Source: Polyangiaceae bacterium (GTDB taxonomy: Bacteria; Myxococcota_A; Polyangia; Polyangiales; Polyangiaceae). From it: a stretch of 27,732 nt of DNA. A model generated the notes under the pieces. It did not search any database and was not told where the DNA came from. It was given only the letters and a program-made list of their open reading frames with translations. Below, in pieces: positions 1 to 8,486 of the stretch (position 1 is the first letter of the stretch; every line of letters starts with the position of its first letter). Position numbers and translations under genes: made by a program. Location: assembly GCA_050287085.1 (NCBI GenBank), contig JBNKBE010000039.1, positions 1 through 27,732 of the forward strand, read 5' to 3'.

Positions 1-31
1 ACGTCGCGAGACCTGTTCCTCACCCAGCGCT

Positions 32-103
32 GAACGCTGGCGCGAGGCCGGTTCAAGAGCGCTCGCGCGCCAGGCCGATTCAAGAACGCTGGCGCGCCAG
101 GCG
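32..103. repeat. Degenerate ~25-27 bp tandem repeat (about 2.7 copies)
   Basis: Units GAACGCTGGCGCGAGGCCGGTTCAA (32-56), GAGCGCTCGCGCGCCAGGCCGATTCAA (57-83) and partial GAACGCTGGCGCGCCAGGCG (84-103); no unique spacers. Confidence 0.65.
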
Positions 104-127
104 TGTAGCCAGTGGTGGCGGCGCCTT

Positions 128-1201
128 TCAACCCGGAAAGGAGCTCTCCGGATCGCCCTCCACAACCAGCTTTCTTAGGTGTACGGCTGCGGCGCCCGAC
201 GTCTTGAAGCACATGCTCACGACGTGAACTCCGCTGATCATGACTCCTCCGGCCGTGCAGCAGCCATTGGCGCAAGTGGGTGTGCCCCCTGGGTAAACAC
301 CATTCGGGAAGAGCTCGGGCAATCGCTCGCGAAAGGCCGCCGAGCCGTGGAGCTGTTCGTAGCGGACTTTGGCTCCCTTCGCGCGGTTTTCGAGCACGAT
401 GAGGGAGCGCGAGTCGAGCAAGTCGTGAGGGGCCAGCGTTTTGCGATCCGAGCGGAGAAACCACTCGTTCATGGTTTCTGCAGCGAGCCGCACCGTTGGG
501 AGCTTGTCGCCGGCGCCTTTCGTGCACTCCACGAACTTGACGTCGCCGGCGATGGGCCGGAAGGCGGGTTCGGCGAGCGCAGCTCCCAGACGTTCGGCAC
601 ACAGTTTACAGTCGGCACGTCTCAACTCACACAGCAGGTCTATGGCGTCGCGGGTTGCATCGGTGGCAGCCAGGGTACGTGCCAAGTTATAGCGCGCGGA
701 GACATTGCCTGGATCGGAGCGGAGCGCGCGTTCGTAAAGCGTTTGCGCAGCTTGCCAATGGCCTGCTTTGGCTTGGGTGTCCCCCTCGTTGTCGAGCGTC
801 TTGGACGCCATCAGTCTCGGCTGCGCCACTGCGCTGCGCTCAAGGGCGGGTATGTTGCGCTTGGAGCTTGCGCTCGTATCAGTCGGCGGGGTGTCGCTCG
901 TGGAGGCGGCGCCCGCGCCTGGGGCCCCGGCGGCTGGGGGGGCAGCGGACTGGGCGCCGCTGCTGACGGTATTTGTCGAGAGCGCGCCGGAGCTCACGCT
1001 CGGAGATGAGGTGCTGGACTCTTCGGATTCGGACTTGCAGCCCAGCAGGCTGACACCGAGCAGGCCGACACCGAGCAGGCTGCGGCTGAGCAGGCTGCGG
1101 CTGAGCACGGTGCTCAGGGCCGAGTTCGCTGACAAGAGGCTCCGATATGGGTTGGCGCGGCGCCCCGGAGCTCCGTCGGTCGAGGTGGTTTTGGTTTTCA
1201 T
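128..1201 (-). CDS. TPR-containing lipoprotein
   Basis: Lipobox-like LLGVSLLG-C, Ser/Ala/Pro linker, then TPR-like DNEGDTQAKAGHWQAAQTLYERALRSDPGNVSARYNLARTLA and a Cys-containing C-terminus. Start placed at 1201 because that ATG overlaps the upstream TGA (ATGA); the ORF track starts at 1210. Confidence 0.75.
   Translation of the reverse strand: MKTKTTSTDGAPGRRANPYRSLLSANSALSTVLSRSLLSRSLLGVGLLGVSLLGCKSESEESSTSSPSVSSGALSTNTVSSGAQSAAPPAAGAPGAGAASTSDTPPTDTSASSKRNIPALERSAVAQPRLMASKTLDNEGDTQAKAGHWQAAQTLYERALRSDPGNVSARYNLARTLAATDATRDAIDLLCELRRADCKLCAERLGAALAEPAFRPIAGDVKFVECTKGAGDKLPTVRLAAETMNEWFLRSDRKTLAPHDLLDSRSLIVLENRAKGAKVRYEQLHGSAAFRERLPELFPNGVYPGGTPTCANGCCTAGGVMISGVHVVSMCFKTSGAAAVHLRKLVVEGDPESSFPG
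1044..1107. repeat. 15-bp in-frame tandem repeat (4 copies plus partial) in a signal-peptide coding region
   Basis: AGCAGGCTGACACCG / AGCAGGCCGACACCG / AGCAGGCTGCGGCTG / AGCAGGCTGCGGCTG; encodes SRSLL-SRSLL-GVGLL-GVSLL on the minus strand. Confidence 0.85.
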
Positions 1202-3684
1202 GGTCGGCATAACTCGTGGTACTCGTTGTACGGATTGGCGCGCCCAGACCCCACCCGTTGTAGGGGGCGGATTGCTTCGGGTGTGGTGCCTTCAAACGTA
1301 AGCACGTCCCAGAAGTACCCGGAACCGCTTGGGGGCGCAAAGCTCTGGCTGTTGCCGTCGGGTCCAACAACGGTGACACGGGCGCCCGTCGCGTTGAAGT
1401 CTTCCGCTGCTTCCTCGTTCTGCTGGGAAAAGTTGTGAACGAATAACGTGTAGGTTCCGGGCATGCCGCGGCTGAGCGTGATTGTTTCTTGACCTGGCCC
1501 CTCCCAGGCGTCGACGTCGAGCAGCGCGTAGGGCACTGAGTCCAAAGTCCCACGGCAGCCGTCGTCGAAGAAGATTTCTTCTCCGTTTGGCAGCTGCAAG
1601 TGCAAGTCGAGGTCCATCGCTTGGGGCTGCTGCCAAGACAGCGTGATGCGTGTTGCACCCTCTCGCGTGGGGGTCAACGCAAGTTGTACGGCACGTCCGT
1701 CCTCCCCGCCGCAGACCGTAGCGTTGGCTCGGGCGGAGTCGTAGCCCTCGGCTTCGGCAACAACCGTATAGCTACCCGAAGGGATGCCGTCAAAGATGAA
1801 CGAACCCTGCGCGTCGGTGAGCGCCTGACCGACAGGCTCGCTCGATACGTTGTCCAGTTCCGGATACAACACGATGGTGGCCTCGGCGACGGCATTGCCC
1901 CCGTTCAGGGCGTCGACGGCAAACCCGCTGAGCGCGCCCTCTGCGGTGCATTGCTCGGCACCCTGCAGGCGGAGTTCCACAATGGCGCCCTCGGCGCGCA
2001 CGGCTACGTTGCCCAGGCCTGACTCGAAGCCTTCGGCCTCGGCCGTGACCGTGTAGTCACCACAGGCCAGATCGATGGTCGCGAATTGTCCGCGCGCGTC
2101 GGTCGTCAGCTCTTGCGGGGTTGCGCCGGCGACGGATACGTGAGCCGCTTCGATACCCGCCCCGCTTGTGGCCTGGAGAACGCTGCCCGCAAGCGAGCCG
2201 GAGCACGAGGGGAGCTCCAGCTGCGGTGCACACACCTCCGCTTCCTTGTTGGGTTCCGAGAAGCGAGCCACGTTCTGACTCTGGGTACCGCGTATCTGTG
2301 CGCACTGCTGGTTCAGGCGATCCGCCTTCGACACACAGATGCCTTGCTCCTCGTCAGCTGGGTCGGCGATGCAGAAAGTAGGGGCCTTGTTGGGGGGCAG
2401 ATCTGGACAGAAGCGCTCGCAGTCCAAGGTGCAGAAGCCCCCGCTGGCCGTTTCGTAGCAGGTGCCTGCCTTTGAGCTACCGTCTGCGAGCGTGAAGGCG
2501 CAGTCTGCGTTGGCGTTGCACGCGTCACCGATGAAACGCCCTTCCCCGTCGTCGCAGTCGACGTTGAGTTTGACGTCGTCGCTGGCTCCGGCGCGCGACT
2601 CGACGACAACGTAGAAGACTTCATTTCCGGCGTAGTCGATGTCGATGCTGGAGTCATCTCCTGCGACGCACCCTTCGGGGGCGCAAGCGCCGCGGAGTGC
2701 GAGCACGTGCCCCGAGCCCTCAATGCTGATCTTGGCCGTTCCGGTACCACGGGGGCTGAAGCGGTAGACAAGCTCTGCTTCGTCTAACTGCGAGAGACCA
2801 CAGGCATAGTTCGCCATGTCCCGGCTCCCGTGCTGTGGCGTGATCGTCGCGCTGTCTTCGCAGTGCAATTCGCCTTGGGGAGCGCACGTCCAGTCTGGGG
2901 CGACGCACGTTGGGTAGCCGATGAAACCTTCGTCGCAGTGGTCGCACTTGTCGCCGCCGTAACCCGCGTCGCAGGTGCAGACGCCTTCGCTGCACGTGCC
3001 GTGGCTCGAGCAGGAATCGGGCGTGCAGGGCGGCTTGTCCTCCACGTCGTTGCGCCGGATAGCGATGTAGTCTGAGCTGAAAGTGCGGCTGTTGTGTACG
3101 ATGCCCCACGAGCAGCCGCGGGCTTCGTACACCCAATACTTGCCACCCGTGTCGAACTTATCGAATATGACGATGTGTCCACCGGTGTCCGCAGCGTTGC
3201 GGTAGACAAGGGCGTCACCGGCTTTGAGCTCATCGCGCGAGATCTGGGTCCAATGCAGCGTCTGCGCGTAGAACGACTTGGTCGTATACGGATGTCCGGT
3301 ATCCGCTTCGACCGCGGAGGGGCTCGGTACCTGCCAGGACTTGGTCACCAGGCCAGAGCAGTCAGCACCCACCTTATCGCTCGGAAACGAGCATTTGGGG
3401 CAGCCACAACTGTCGCAGTCCTTGGAGCAGCTACCTTTTTTTGAGCCGTCTTGGGTCCAGTAGCCAAAGCCCCACTTGTAGCCGTGACCTACCGCCGACT
3501 TGGCCAGATCGATGATCTCGTCACGGGTCATTGATTCGGCCGCGTGAGCGGAGTGGGCTACCAGCAGTAGCGGAAGAGCTAGTAGGAGCCACGGCGTCCG
3601 GAGGCGTAGGAAGACGACGCCGGAGCACCGATGCCGCGTGAGCGAGTGGTTGCCCGCTCGCAAGAAGGGAGTGTTGCTAGTCAT
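1198..3684 (-). CDS. Secreted NlpC/P60-family multidomain protein (EGF-like, Cys-rich, two carboxypeptidase-regulatory-like domains, YfaP/DUF2135-like C-terminus)
   Basis: Signal peptide ending AHSAHA; NlpC/P60 motifs GxxYxWG, ADCSGLV, GDALVY, GHIVIF, YEA; EGF-like CSSHGTCSEGVCTCDAGYGGDKC; two G-x-V...TDAxGxF...YTVxAEAEG repeats; LSWQQPQAMDLDLHL...LDVDAWEGPGQETI. Exact start uncertain. Confidence 0.85.
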   Translation of the reverse strand: MTSNTPFLRAGNHSLTRHRCSGVVFLRLRTPWLLLALPLLLVAHSAHAAESMTRDEIIDLAKSAVGHGYKWGFGYWTQDGSKKGSCSKDCDSCGCPKCSFPSDKVGADCSGLVTKSWQVPSPSAVEADTGHPYTTKSFYAQTLHWTQISRDELKAGDALVYRNAADTGGHIVIFDKFDTGGKYWVYEARGCSWGIVHNSRTFSSDYIAIRRNDVEDKPPCTPDSCSSHGTCSEGVCTCDAGYGGDKCDHCDEGFIGYPTCVAPDWTCAPQGELHCEDSATITPQHGSRDMANYACGLSQLDEAELVYRFSPRGTGTAKISIEGSGHVLALRGACAPEGCVAGDDSSIDIDYAGNEVFYVVVESRAGASDDVKLNVDCDDGEGRFIGDACNANADCAFTLADGSSKAGTCYETASGGFCTLDCERFCPDLPPNKAPTFCIADPADEEQGICVSKADRLNQQCAQIRGTQSQNVARFSEPNKEAEVCAPQLELPSCSGSLAGSVLQATSGAGIEAAHVSVAGATPQELTTDARGQFATIDLACGDYTVTAEAEGFESGLGNVAVRAEGAIVELRLQGAEQCTAEGALSGFAVDALNGGNAVAEATIVLYPELDNVSSEPVGQALTDAQGSFIFDGIPSGSYTVVAEAEGYDSARANATVCGGEDGRAVQLALTPTREGATRITLSWQQPQAMDLDLHLQLPNGEEIFFDDGCRGTLDSVPYALLDVDAWEGPGQETITLSRGMPGTYTLFVHNFSQQNEEAAEDFNATGARVTVVGPDGNSQSFAPPSGSGYFWDVLTFEGTTPEAIRPLQRVGSGRANPYNEYHELCRP

Positions 3685-3687
3685 GGC

Positions 3688-4692
3688 TTAGTAGTGGCGA
3701 ATGGCAACGCCGTCCTCCTGCACGTCCAAGAACAGTACGGCTCCCTGGCGGGAAACGGAAACGCGGCGAAAGACCTCCTTCGCCGAGGCCGGTGCTGGTA
3801 GCTCCAGCTCTCTGGAGAGCTTCAGTTCGTCGTCGAGGACTAGAAGCCGGAGCTCTTCTTTCTGGGCATCACCTTTGCCGGTGATGTGCTGCGTCACCAC
3901 GTAGAGGTTTCCCGCCTCGTCGGTATGTTCAGAAAGGATACTCGTGATGGGAGAAGAATAGCTGTGGCGGAATGTCCTGGGAGCGAGCGATCCTTCACGC
4001 TTGATGCGAACGACGGACAACGTGGCGCCGGCCAACGTAAGCTCGTAGCTGGCCGTGCCGTCGAAGCTTGGGACGCCCGTCACCCGTTGGCGCGCCTTGT
4101 CGATTTTACCATGGGCGTCAAGAAGTCGTACAGAGTGATCGCCGATGCTGACCCACACTCCGTCGACGAGCGAATGCAGGGCCCGGGTGCCTCCCCCTTC
4201 GTCCACGCCCGCTCCCTCAAGTGGGAGCTCCTCACGAACCTTTCCCGTTTCCGCGTCCACCAGGTACACGGTCTTGGTCACGAGCCGGTCCATCAAGACC
4301 ACGTTCTGGTCGTCGAGTAGGGCGAGCTCTTGGATCGTGGGGGAGGGGATTGGAAACTCTCGAACGACCTTCGCTCCCCGAAAGACCTGAACGCGGGTGT
4401 TCTGTTGGTCGAGCACGAAAACGTCCTCGCCCGCGGCGGCCAGACTCATGGGGGCTTCCGGGTTGGCCTCCTCTTGCTCGCTGTCCCCAAATTGCCCTTG
4501 GCCCTGACCGAAGGGGCCCTCGACGACGGCGGCCCCGACGGCAACGCACTGCCCGGCGTAGCAGGTCTCATCCTCCGAGCAATCGCCGCATTGGGGGTCG
4601 CCCTTGGGTTTCTTGCCACAGCCCAGGCCTGCGGTCAGCACCAGCACTGCACCGGCCACTCTGGCCGCCGTGCTCCTCCACCTATCGTCCAT
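3688..4692 (-). CDS. Lipoprotein with NHL-like/beta-propeller domain
   Basis: VLVLTAGLG-C lipobox, short Cys-rich segment, PEAPMSLAA...VFVLDQQNTRVQVF and TDEAGNLYV blade-like motifs. Start 4692 preferred over 4707 because of promoter spacing. Confidence 0.75.
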   Translation of the reverse strand: MDDRWRSTAARVAGAVLVLTAGLGCGKKPKGDPQCGDCSEDETCYAGQCVAVGAAVVEGPFGQGQGQFGDSEQEEANPEAPMSLAAAGEDVFVLDQQNTRVQVFRGAKVVREFPIPSPTIQELALLDDQNVVLMDRLVTKTVYLVDAETGKVREELPLEGAGVDEGGGTRALHSLVDGVWVSIGDHSVRLLDAHGKIDKARQRVTGVPSFDGTASYELTLAGATLSVVRIKREGSLAPRTFRHSYSSPITSILSEHTDEAGNLYVVTQHITGKGDAQKEELRLLVLDDELKLSRELELPAPASAKEVFRRVSVSRQGAVLFLDVQEDGVAIRHY

Positions 4693-4699
4693 GCTCACT

Positions 4700-4728
4700 A
4701 CTCTCATGGACGGCTAGGTGGCTGTCAA
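4700..4728 (-). promoter_or_regulatory. sigma70-like promoter for the 4692-128 operon
   Basis: Perfect TTGACA (4728-4723), 17-nt spacer, GAGAGT (4705-4700), then 7 nt to the ATG at 4692. Confidence 0.5.
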
Positions 4729-4804
4729 CCGGCGGCGACGGGCTTTTGGTCATAGGTGAGACACACGCCGCCCGCCAGACCTTGCGGGGTTGAGTATGCG
4801 CCGA

Positions 4805-5170
4805 CTATGGCGCGCCGGGTGCTTCGCTGCGGTCGAACTCTCGTTCGTATTTGACTTCCGCCACGCACAGCCGGTAGCGGATGTAGAAGCGGCTTCGACC
4901 GAGCGCTTGTGCAGCACGGTGGTCTGCGAGCGCGCGGAACGCCCGTACCGCCTCCAGGGACGACCAGTAGCTGATGGTGATGCCAAAGCCATCTGCCGAC
5001 CGAGCCGAGGACACGCTTAGAAAGCCGGGTTGCGTCTGAGCCAGCGCCACCATTGCGCTGGCCGTTGTGTCATAGTCGCAGTCTCCTGCGAGCTGGCTTT
5101 CGAAGATGACGGCGTAGCAGGGCGCGATCTGCGAGTCGTCATGCCGGGTGCTTTCAGCTGGCGCTTTCAA
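4805..5170 (-). CDS. Antibiotic biosynthesis monooxygenase (ABM) family protein
   Basis: YAVIFESQL...MVALAQTQPGFLSVSSAR...GITISYWSSLEAV...HRAAQALGR is typical of ABM proteins. The in-frame TTG at 5170 overlaps the upstream TGA (TTGA); the longer 5425 start lies inside the neighbouring gene. Confidence 0.85.
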   Translation of the reverse strand: MKAPAESTRHDDSQIAPCYAVIFESQLAGDCDYDTTASAMVALAQTQPGFLSVSSARSADGFGITISYWSSLEAVRAFRALADHRAAQALGRSRFYIRYRLCVAEVKYEREFDRSEAPGAP

Positions 5171-6336
5171 AGGCGGGGACCGCCAGCGAGGAGTTCGCAA
5201 ACCTGTCGCACCGCACCGTTGCCTCCGCGCGCGGGGCAAACCCAAGTGGCCACACCCTTGACTCGCGGATCGGCGTCTTCTACGGCCACCGCGAAGCCGA
5301 CGGCCTCCATGCACGCGATGTCGTTGATGTCGTTGCCCACGTAGGCGCAGTGCTCGAGGCGCACGCCGCGGCGCTGGGCCCATTCTTTCAGGGCTGGCAG
5401 CTTGTCGTCGACGCCCTGAAGGCATTCGAGCTTCAGCTTCTCGCAGCGCCGAGCGACGACCGGATTTCGCTCCTTGGAAAGCACCAGGCAGGGAAGTTGG
5501 CGAGCCGCGAGCAGACCGAGGCCCAGGCCATCTCGGCGCGACGCTCGCACCATCTCCCGTCCCTCTTGGTCCACGTACACGGCGTCGTCGGTCATGACGC
5601 CATCGAAGTCGAAGACGACGCCGTCGATCGGAGTTGGCATCCGCTGCGCTACCGCGGCCGCATCGAGCAACCGCGCCATGGCGCGGGCCGTATCGAGTTC
5701 GATGGGATCGTCGATCTCCAGCATGCGGCTGGGGTCCATTTCACAGCCGACGACCTTTCCGAAGAACCGAAACTGGGCTTCGAGGAAGCCGCGGGTCCGC
5801 AGGATGTAGAATGCTCCAGTTTCTACAAAGCGGTCCGCGAGTTCTTGCCGCCGTGGTCGGCGCGAGGGATCGTGACCGATGGCGCTCAGCTGTCCATCAT
5901 CCTGCATCTGCCACTGGAAGCGATGGTGCTGAGCTACAGCCACGCCCACGTCGGCTCCGCTCGTCCTCACGCGTTCCATGCCGAGATCGAGCTCCGACGC
6001 CAGCAGGAAAGGTGATGTCGGCTGCAAGAAAGCGAGCCAATCGGGGAGCGTGCCGGCGGCTTCCCATTGGGAGCAGGCATGCAGCAAAGCGGCTTCGGAC
6101 GACGCCGTATCGCCGCTCAGGGCCGCGGGGCGCTCGATGACGTTGGCGCCCGCACTCCGGGCGCACGCGGCGATCTCGTCGTCGTCGGTGCTGACATAGA
6201 CGGCGTCGATGCTACGTGCCGCAAGCGCTACTTCCACGCTGCGTGCGACGAGGGGAATGCCTCCCACGCGTTGTAGATTCTTCCGCGGAATACCCTTGCT
6301 ACCGCCACGGGCCGGGATGATGGCGAAGACGCTCAT
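5167..6336 (-). CDS. Acylneuraminate (CMP-nonulosonate) cytidylyltransferase fused to a KdsC/YrbI-type HAD phosphatase
   Basis: N-terminal AIIPARGGSKGIPRKN, VSTDD, LQPTSPF, ETGAFY, EIDD; C-terminal VVFDFDGVMTD, RDGLG, YVGNDINDI, GGNGAVRQVCE. Confidence 0.93.
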   Translation of the reverse strand: MSVFAIIPARGGSKGIPRKNLQRVGGIPLVARSVEVALAARSIDAVYVSTDDDEIAACARSAGANVIERPAALSGDTASSEAALLHACSQWEAAGTLPDWLAFLQPTSPFLLASELDLGMERVRTSGADVGVAVAQHHRFQWQMQDDGQLSAIGHDPSRRPRRQELADRFVETGAFYILRTRGFLEAQFRFFGKVVGCEMDPSRMLEIDDPIELDTARAMARLLDAAAVAQRMPTPIDGVVFDFDGVMTDDAVYVDQEGREMVRASRRDGLGLGLLAARQLPCLVLSKERNPVVARRCEKLKLECLQGVDDKLPALKEWAQRRGVRLEHCAYVGNDINDIACMEAVGFAVAVEDADPRVKGVATWVCPARGGNGAVRQVCELLAGGPRL

Positions 6337-6500
6337 GAACCGCTTGTACCAGAGCGGGCCCAGCTTCGGAAACGCCTATTGTCCGTCCGCGGGCGGCATG
6401 ACCCGCGAGCCTGCCGCGTGCGAAAGCCTGGAGAACGTGTAGAGCAGCAGTGGGTGATGGAGTATTCAGCGGAGTGCTGCGCTCGCGTCGGCGCAATGCA

Positions 6501-8486
6501 CTAGGAATCGGTTAGCAAAGGCGCTTGGGCGCGCACTATGCCATGAGGCAGCTTGGCCAACATATCCCCTTTGCCCAGCAGCGTTTCTGCGCCCTTCTGG
6601 TCGAGAATGATGCGCGAGTCCACGAGCGCACTCACCTGAAACGCGATGCGTCCGGGGAGATTGCTCTTGATTTTGGAGGGGATAGTTTCGCGACTTGGGC
6701 GTTGGGTCGCGAGCACGACGTGGATGCCCGCGGCCCGCGCTTTCGAACCCAAACGAGCAATTCCGTTGCAGAACTGCTGCTCGCGGGCCTTGTCCGTCAA
6801 TAGGTCTTGGAACTCGTCGATGACAAGCACGCGTCGTTCCAGCGCTACGTCCGGGCGCGCTTCATTGTACTCTTGAATGTCGGTTGTGTTTTCGTCCGCA
6901 AATAGCTGGTAGCGCTCCTCCATGAGCTCTATCAGCTGCTCTATCAGTGGTAGCGTTTCCTCGGCGTCGAAGGAAATGGGCGACTCCAAGTGGGAGGCTA
7001 TCGACGAGCGAAAGGTGGCGCCGGTAAACGTGACGCGCTTGGGGTCGATCAGGTTGAAGCGCAGACCTTCTGGGCCGTGGTAGCGGACCAAAGAGCCAAG
7101 CAGGCTCTGAAGAAAGACGGATTTCCCGCTGCCGGTTTGCCCCGCCACCAGAAGGTGTGGGGTGCCGGCATCCGCGAAGTCGCCGACCACGACCTTTCCG
7201 GTGGGCTCTTGTCCAATGACGAAGCGACCCGGGCGTGCGGCGAGCCACTCTGCTTTGTCATCCAACAAGGGCCCAAGGTAGACGTTGCGGGGTGTCTTGC
7301 GGGTCACCGAGAAGCGACGGTGGCCACCGGACTTTTCGTAGCTGAGCTCGACTCCGAGCTCGCTTGCCAGACGATGTTGCACGTCTTGCGCCGCGCGGTC
7401 GAGCGCGGCAACGGTTCCATGCTGGCGTGAGACCTCGATCAGGTAGGTACGCGGTCCCACAACGGGTTTGCGAGGTGCCACGGCGGCGGCACCCAGTTGC
7501 CGCAAGGCCGATAAGATGTGCTCGCGGATGCGCTCCGCTTCTTCGACACCTTCGCGATCCGTCAGCGGATCGTGAGCTTTGGGCGCATCGGATTCGGCGA
7601 TGCGTTCATCACAAACGACATTGCGCGGTCGTTTGCCAGCAACCGGAGGGTCGTCCCGATGCGCAACGCGCGCTGGGTAGTGTCTGGCGCAAGGCGCCGC
7701 CATCGGGCAAGTGGCGCATAGGTCACGGCGGGCGGTGGCCGGGGCCGTGAGCGGAGCTTGTGCCCAGGCGACCATGTGCCCCAGCGTGGGAGCTAGCTGA
7801 ATCGCAGCGACGGACTCGGCGGTTTCCGCCGGCAGTCGCGTTTCCCGCAGCATAGGCAAGAAACGCAACACTGTGGCACGGGCCTCCGTGCCCTCCGACA
7901 AGGATAGTAGCCGTTGGTACAATACAGCTTGGGCCTGATCCAAAGGTTCGTTGGCCTCGTCAGTTAGCTTGTATTCGATCACTTCGTAGCGGCCGTCGCG
8001 AGTGCGGAAAATCGCGTCTAGGCGACCGTGGATCAACGGCCCTCCAGGCCAAGCGGCCTCTACGGCCCGTTCTCCGCTGTAGATGATGGCGCGAAGCGCT
8101 TGTGCAGGGGCTGTCTGCAGAGCCGCGATGCGACCTGCCAAGTGGCGTGCGAACTCCCGCAATGCCTCCGCCAGGTCGTCTACCTCCGCTGGGATACTCC
8201 AATATCCTGGGTCGGCTCCAAGCTCCTCCCGCAGATAGCTTGCGGTCCAGCGAGTGAGAGCCTCTTGTACATCGTCTACGGGGGTAGCGGCTGGGAGGGT
8301 CGCGAAGTAGTCCGGGGGAGACGAAACGGCTCCGGCGAAGCGATCGACCAGGCGATGGAAGGCTGAACCCAAACAAGAGGAACCAACCGGGAAGGCCACC
8401 GCCTTGTCTTCCAGACGCCCCAGGGCAAAGATGCGTGGGCAGCGCAATGCGTTGCGGACCTCGGTGACGCTGACTCGTTCGCTCAT
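6501..8486 (-). CDS. Cas4/AddB-like Fe-S PD-(D/E)XK nuclease fused to an FtsK/SpoIIIE motor (alpha+beta domains, no membrane anchor, no gamma domain)
   Basis: Nuclease: RCPR, GSAFH, HGRLD...IEYK, QAVLY, CATCPMAAPC. FtsK: VVGPRTY (alpha-domain-like), PHLLVAGQTGSGKS, IDPK, MEERY, VLVIDEFQD, ARAAGIHVVLATQRP, GAETLLGKGDML. The ATG at 8486 overlaps the upstream TGA (ATGA). Confidence 0.9.
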   Translation of the reverse strand: MSERVSVTEVRNALRCPRIFALGRLEDKAVAFPVGSSCLGSAFHRLVDRFAGAVSSPPDYFATLPAATPVDDVQEALTRWTASYLREELGADPGYWSIPAEVDDLAEALREFARHLAGRIAALQTAPAQALRAIIYSGERAVEAAWPGGPLIHGRLDAIFRTRDGRYEVIEYKLTDEANEPLDQAQAVLYQRLLSLSEGTEARATVLRFLPMLRETRLPAETAESVAAIQLAPTLGHMVAWAQAPLTAPATARRDLCATCPMAAPCARHYPARVAHRDDPPVAGKRPRNVVCDERIAESDAPKAHDPLTDREGVEEAERIREHILSALRQLGAAAVAPRKPVVGPRTYLIEVSRQHGTVAALDRAAQDVQHRLASELGVELSYEKSGGHRRFSVTRKTPRNVYLGPLLDDKAEWLAARPGRFVIGQEPTGKVVVGDFADAGTPHLLVAGQTGSGKSVFLQSLLGSLVRYHGPEGLRFNLIDPKRVTFTGATFRSSIASHLESPISFDAEETLPLIEQLIELMEERYQLFADENTTDIQEYNEARPDVALERRVLVIDEFQDLLTDKAREQQFCNGIARLGSKARAAGIHVVLATQRPSRETIPSKIKSNLPGRIAFQVSALVDSRIILDQKGAETLLGKGDMLAKLPHGIVRAQAPLLTDS

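Noticed and set aside
179..1009. 276-aa plus-strand ORF and similar antisense or overlapping ORFs (e.g. 5350-6015, 16676-17302, 24744-25469, 25394-26092)
   Set aside because: Shadow ORFs expected in GC-rich DNA; they overlap genes with clear motifs and show none of their own.
5171..5425. N-terminal extension of the ABM ORF; likewise 13533-13736, 18809-19045 and 25292-25411
   Set aside because: Low-complexity Arg/Gly/Pro-rich translations; better starts with coupling, RBS, promoter or signal-peptide support lie downstream.
7680..8486. Cas4-like domain as evidence of a CRISPR-Cas locus
   Set aside because: No cas1/cas2, no effector genes and no repeat-spacer array in the window; the domain is fused to FtsK.
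6501..8486. Housekeeping cell-division ftsK
   Set aside because: No N-terminal TM domain and no gamma domain; nuclease fusion and operon context differ, so no gene symbol was given.
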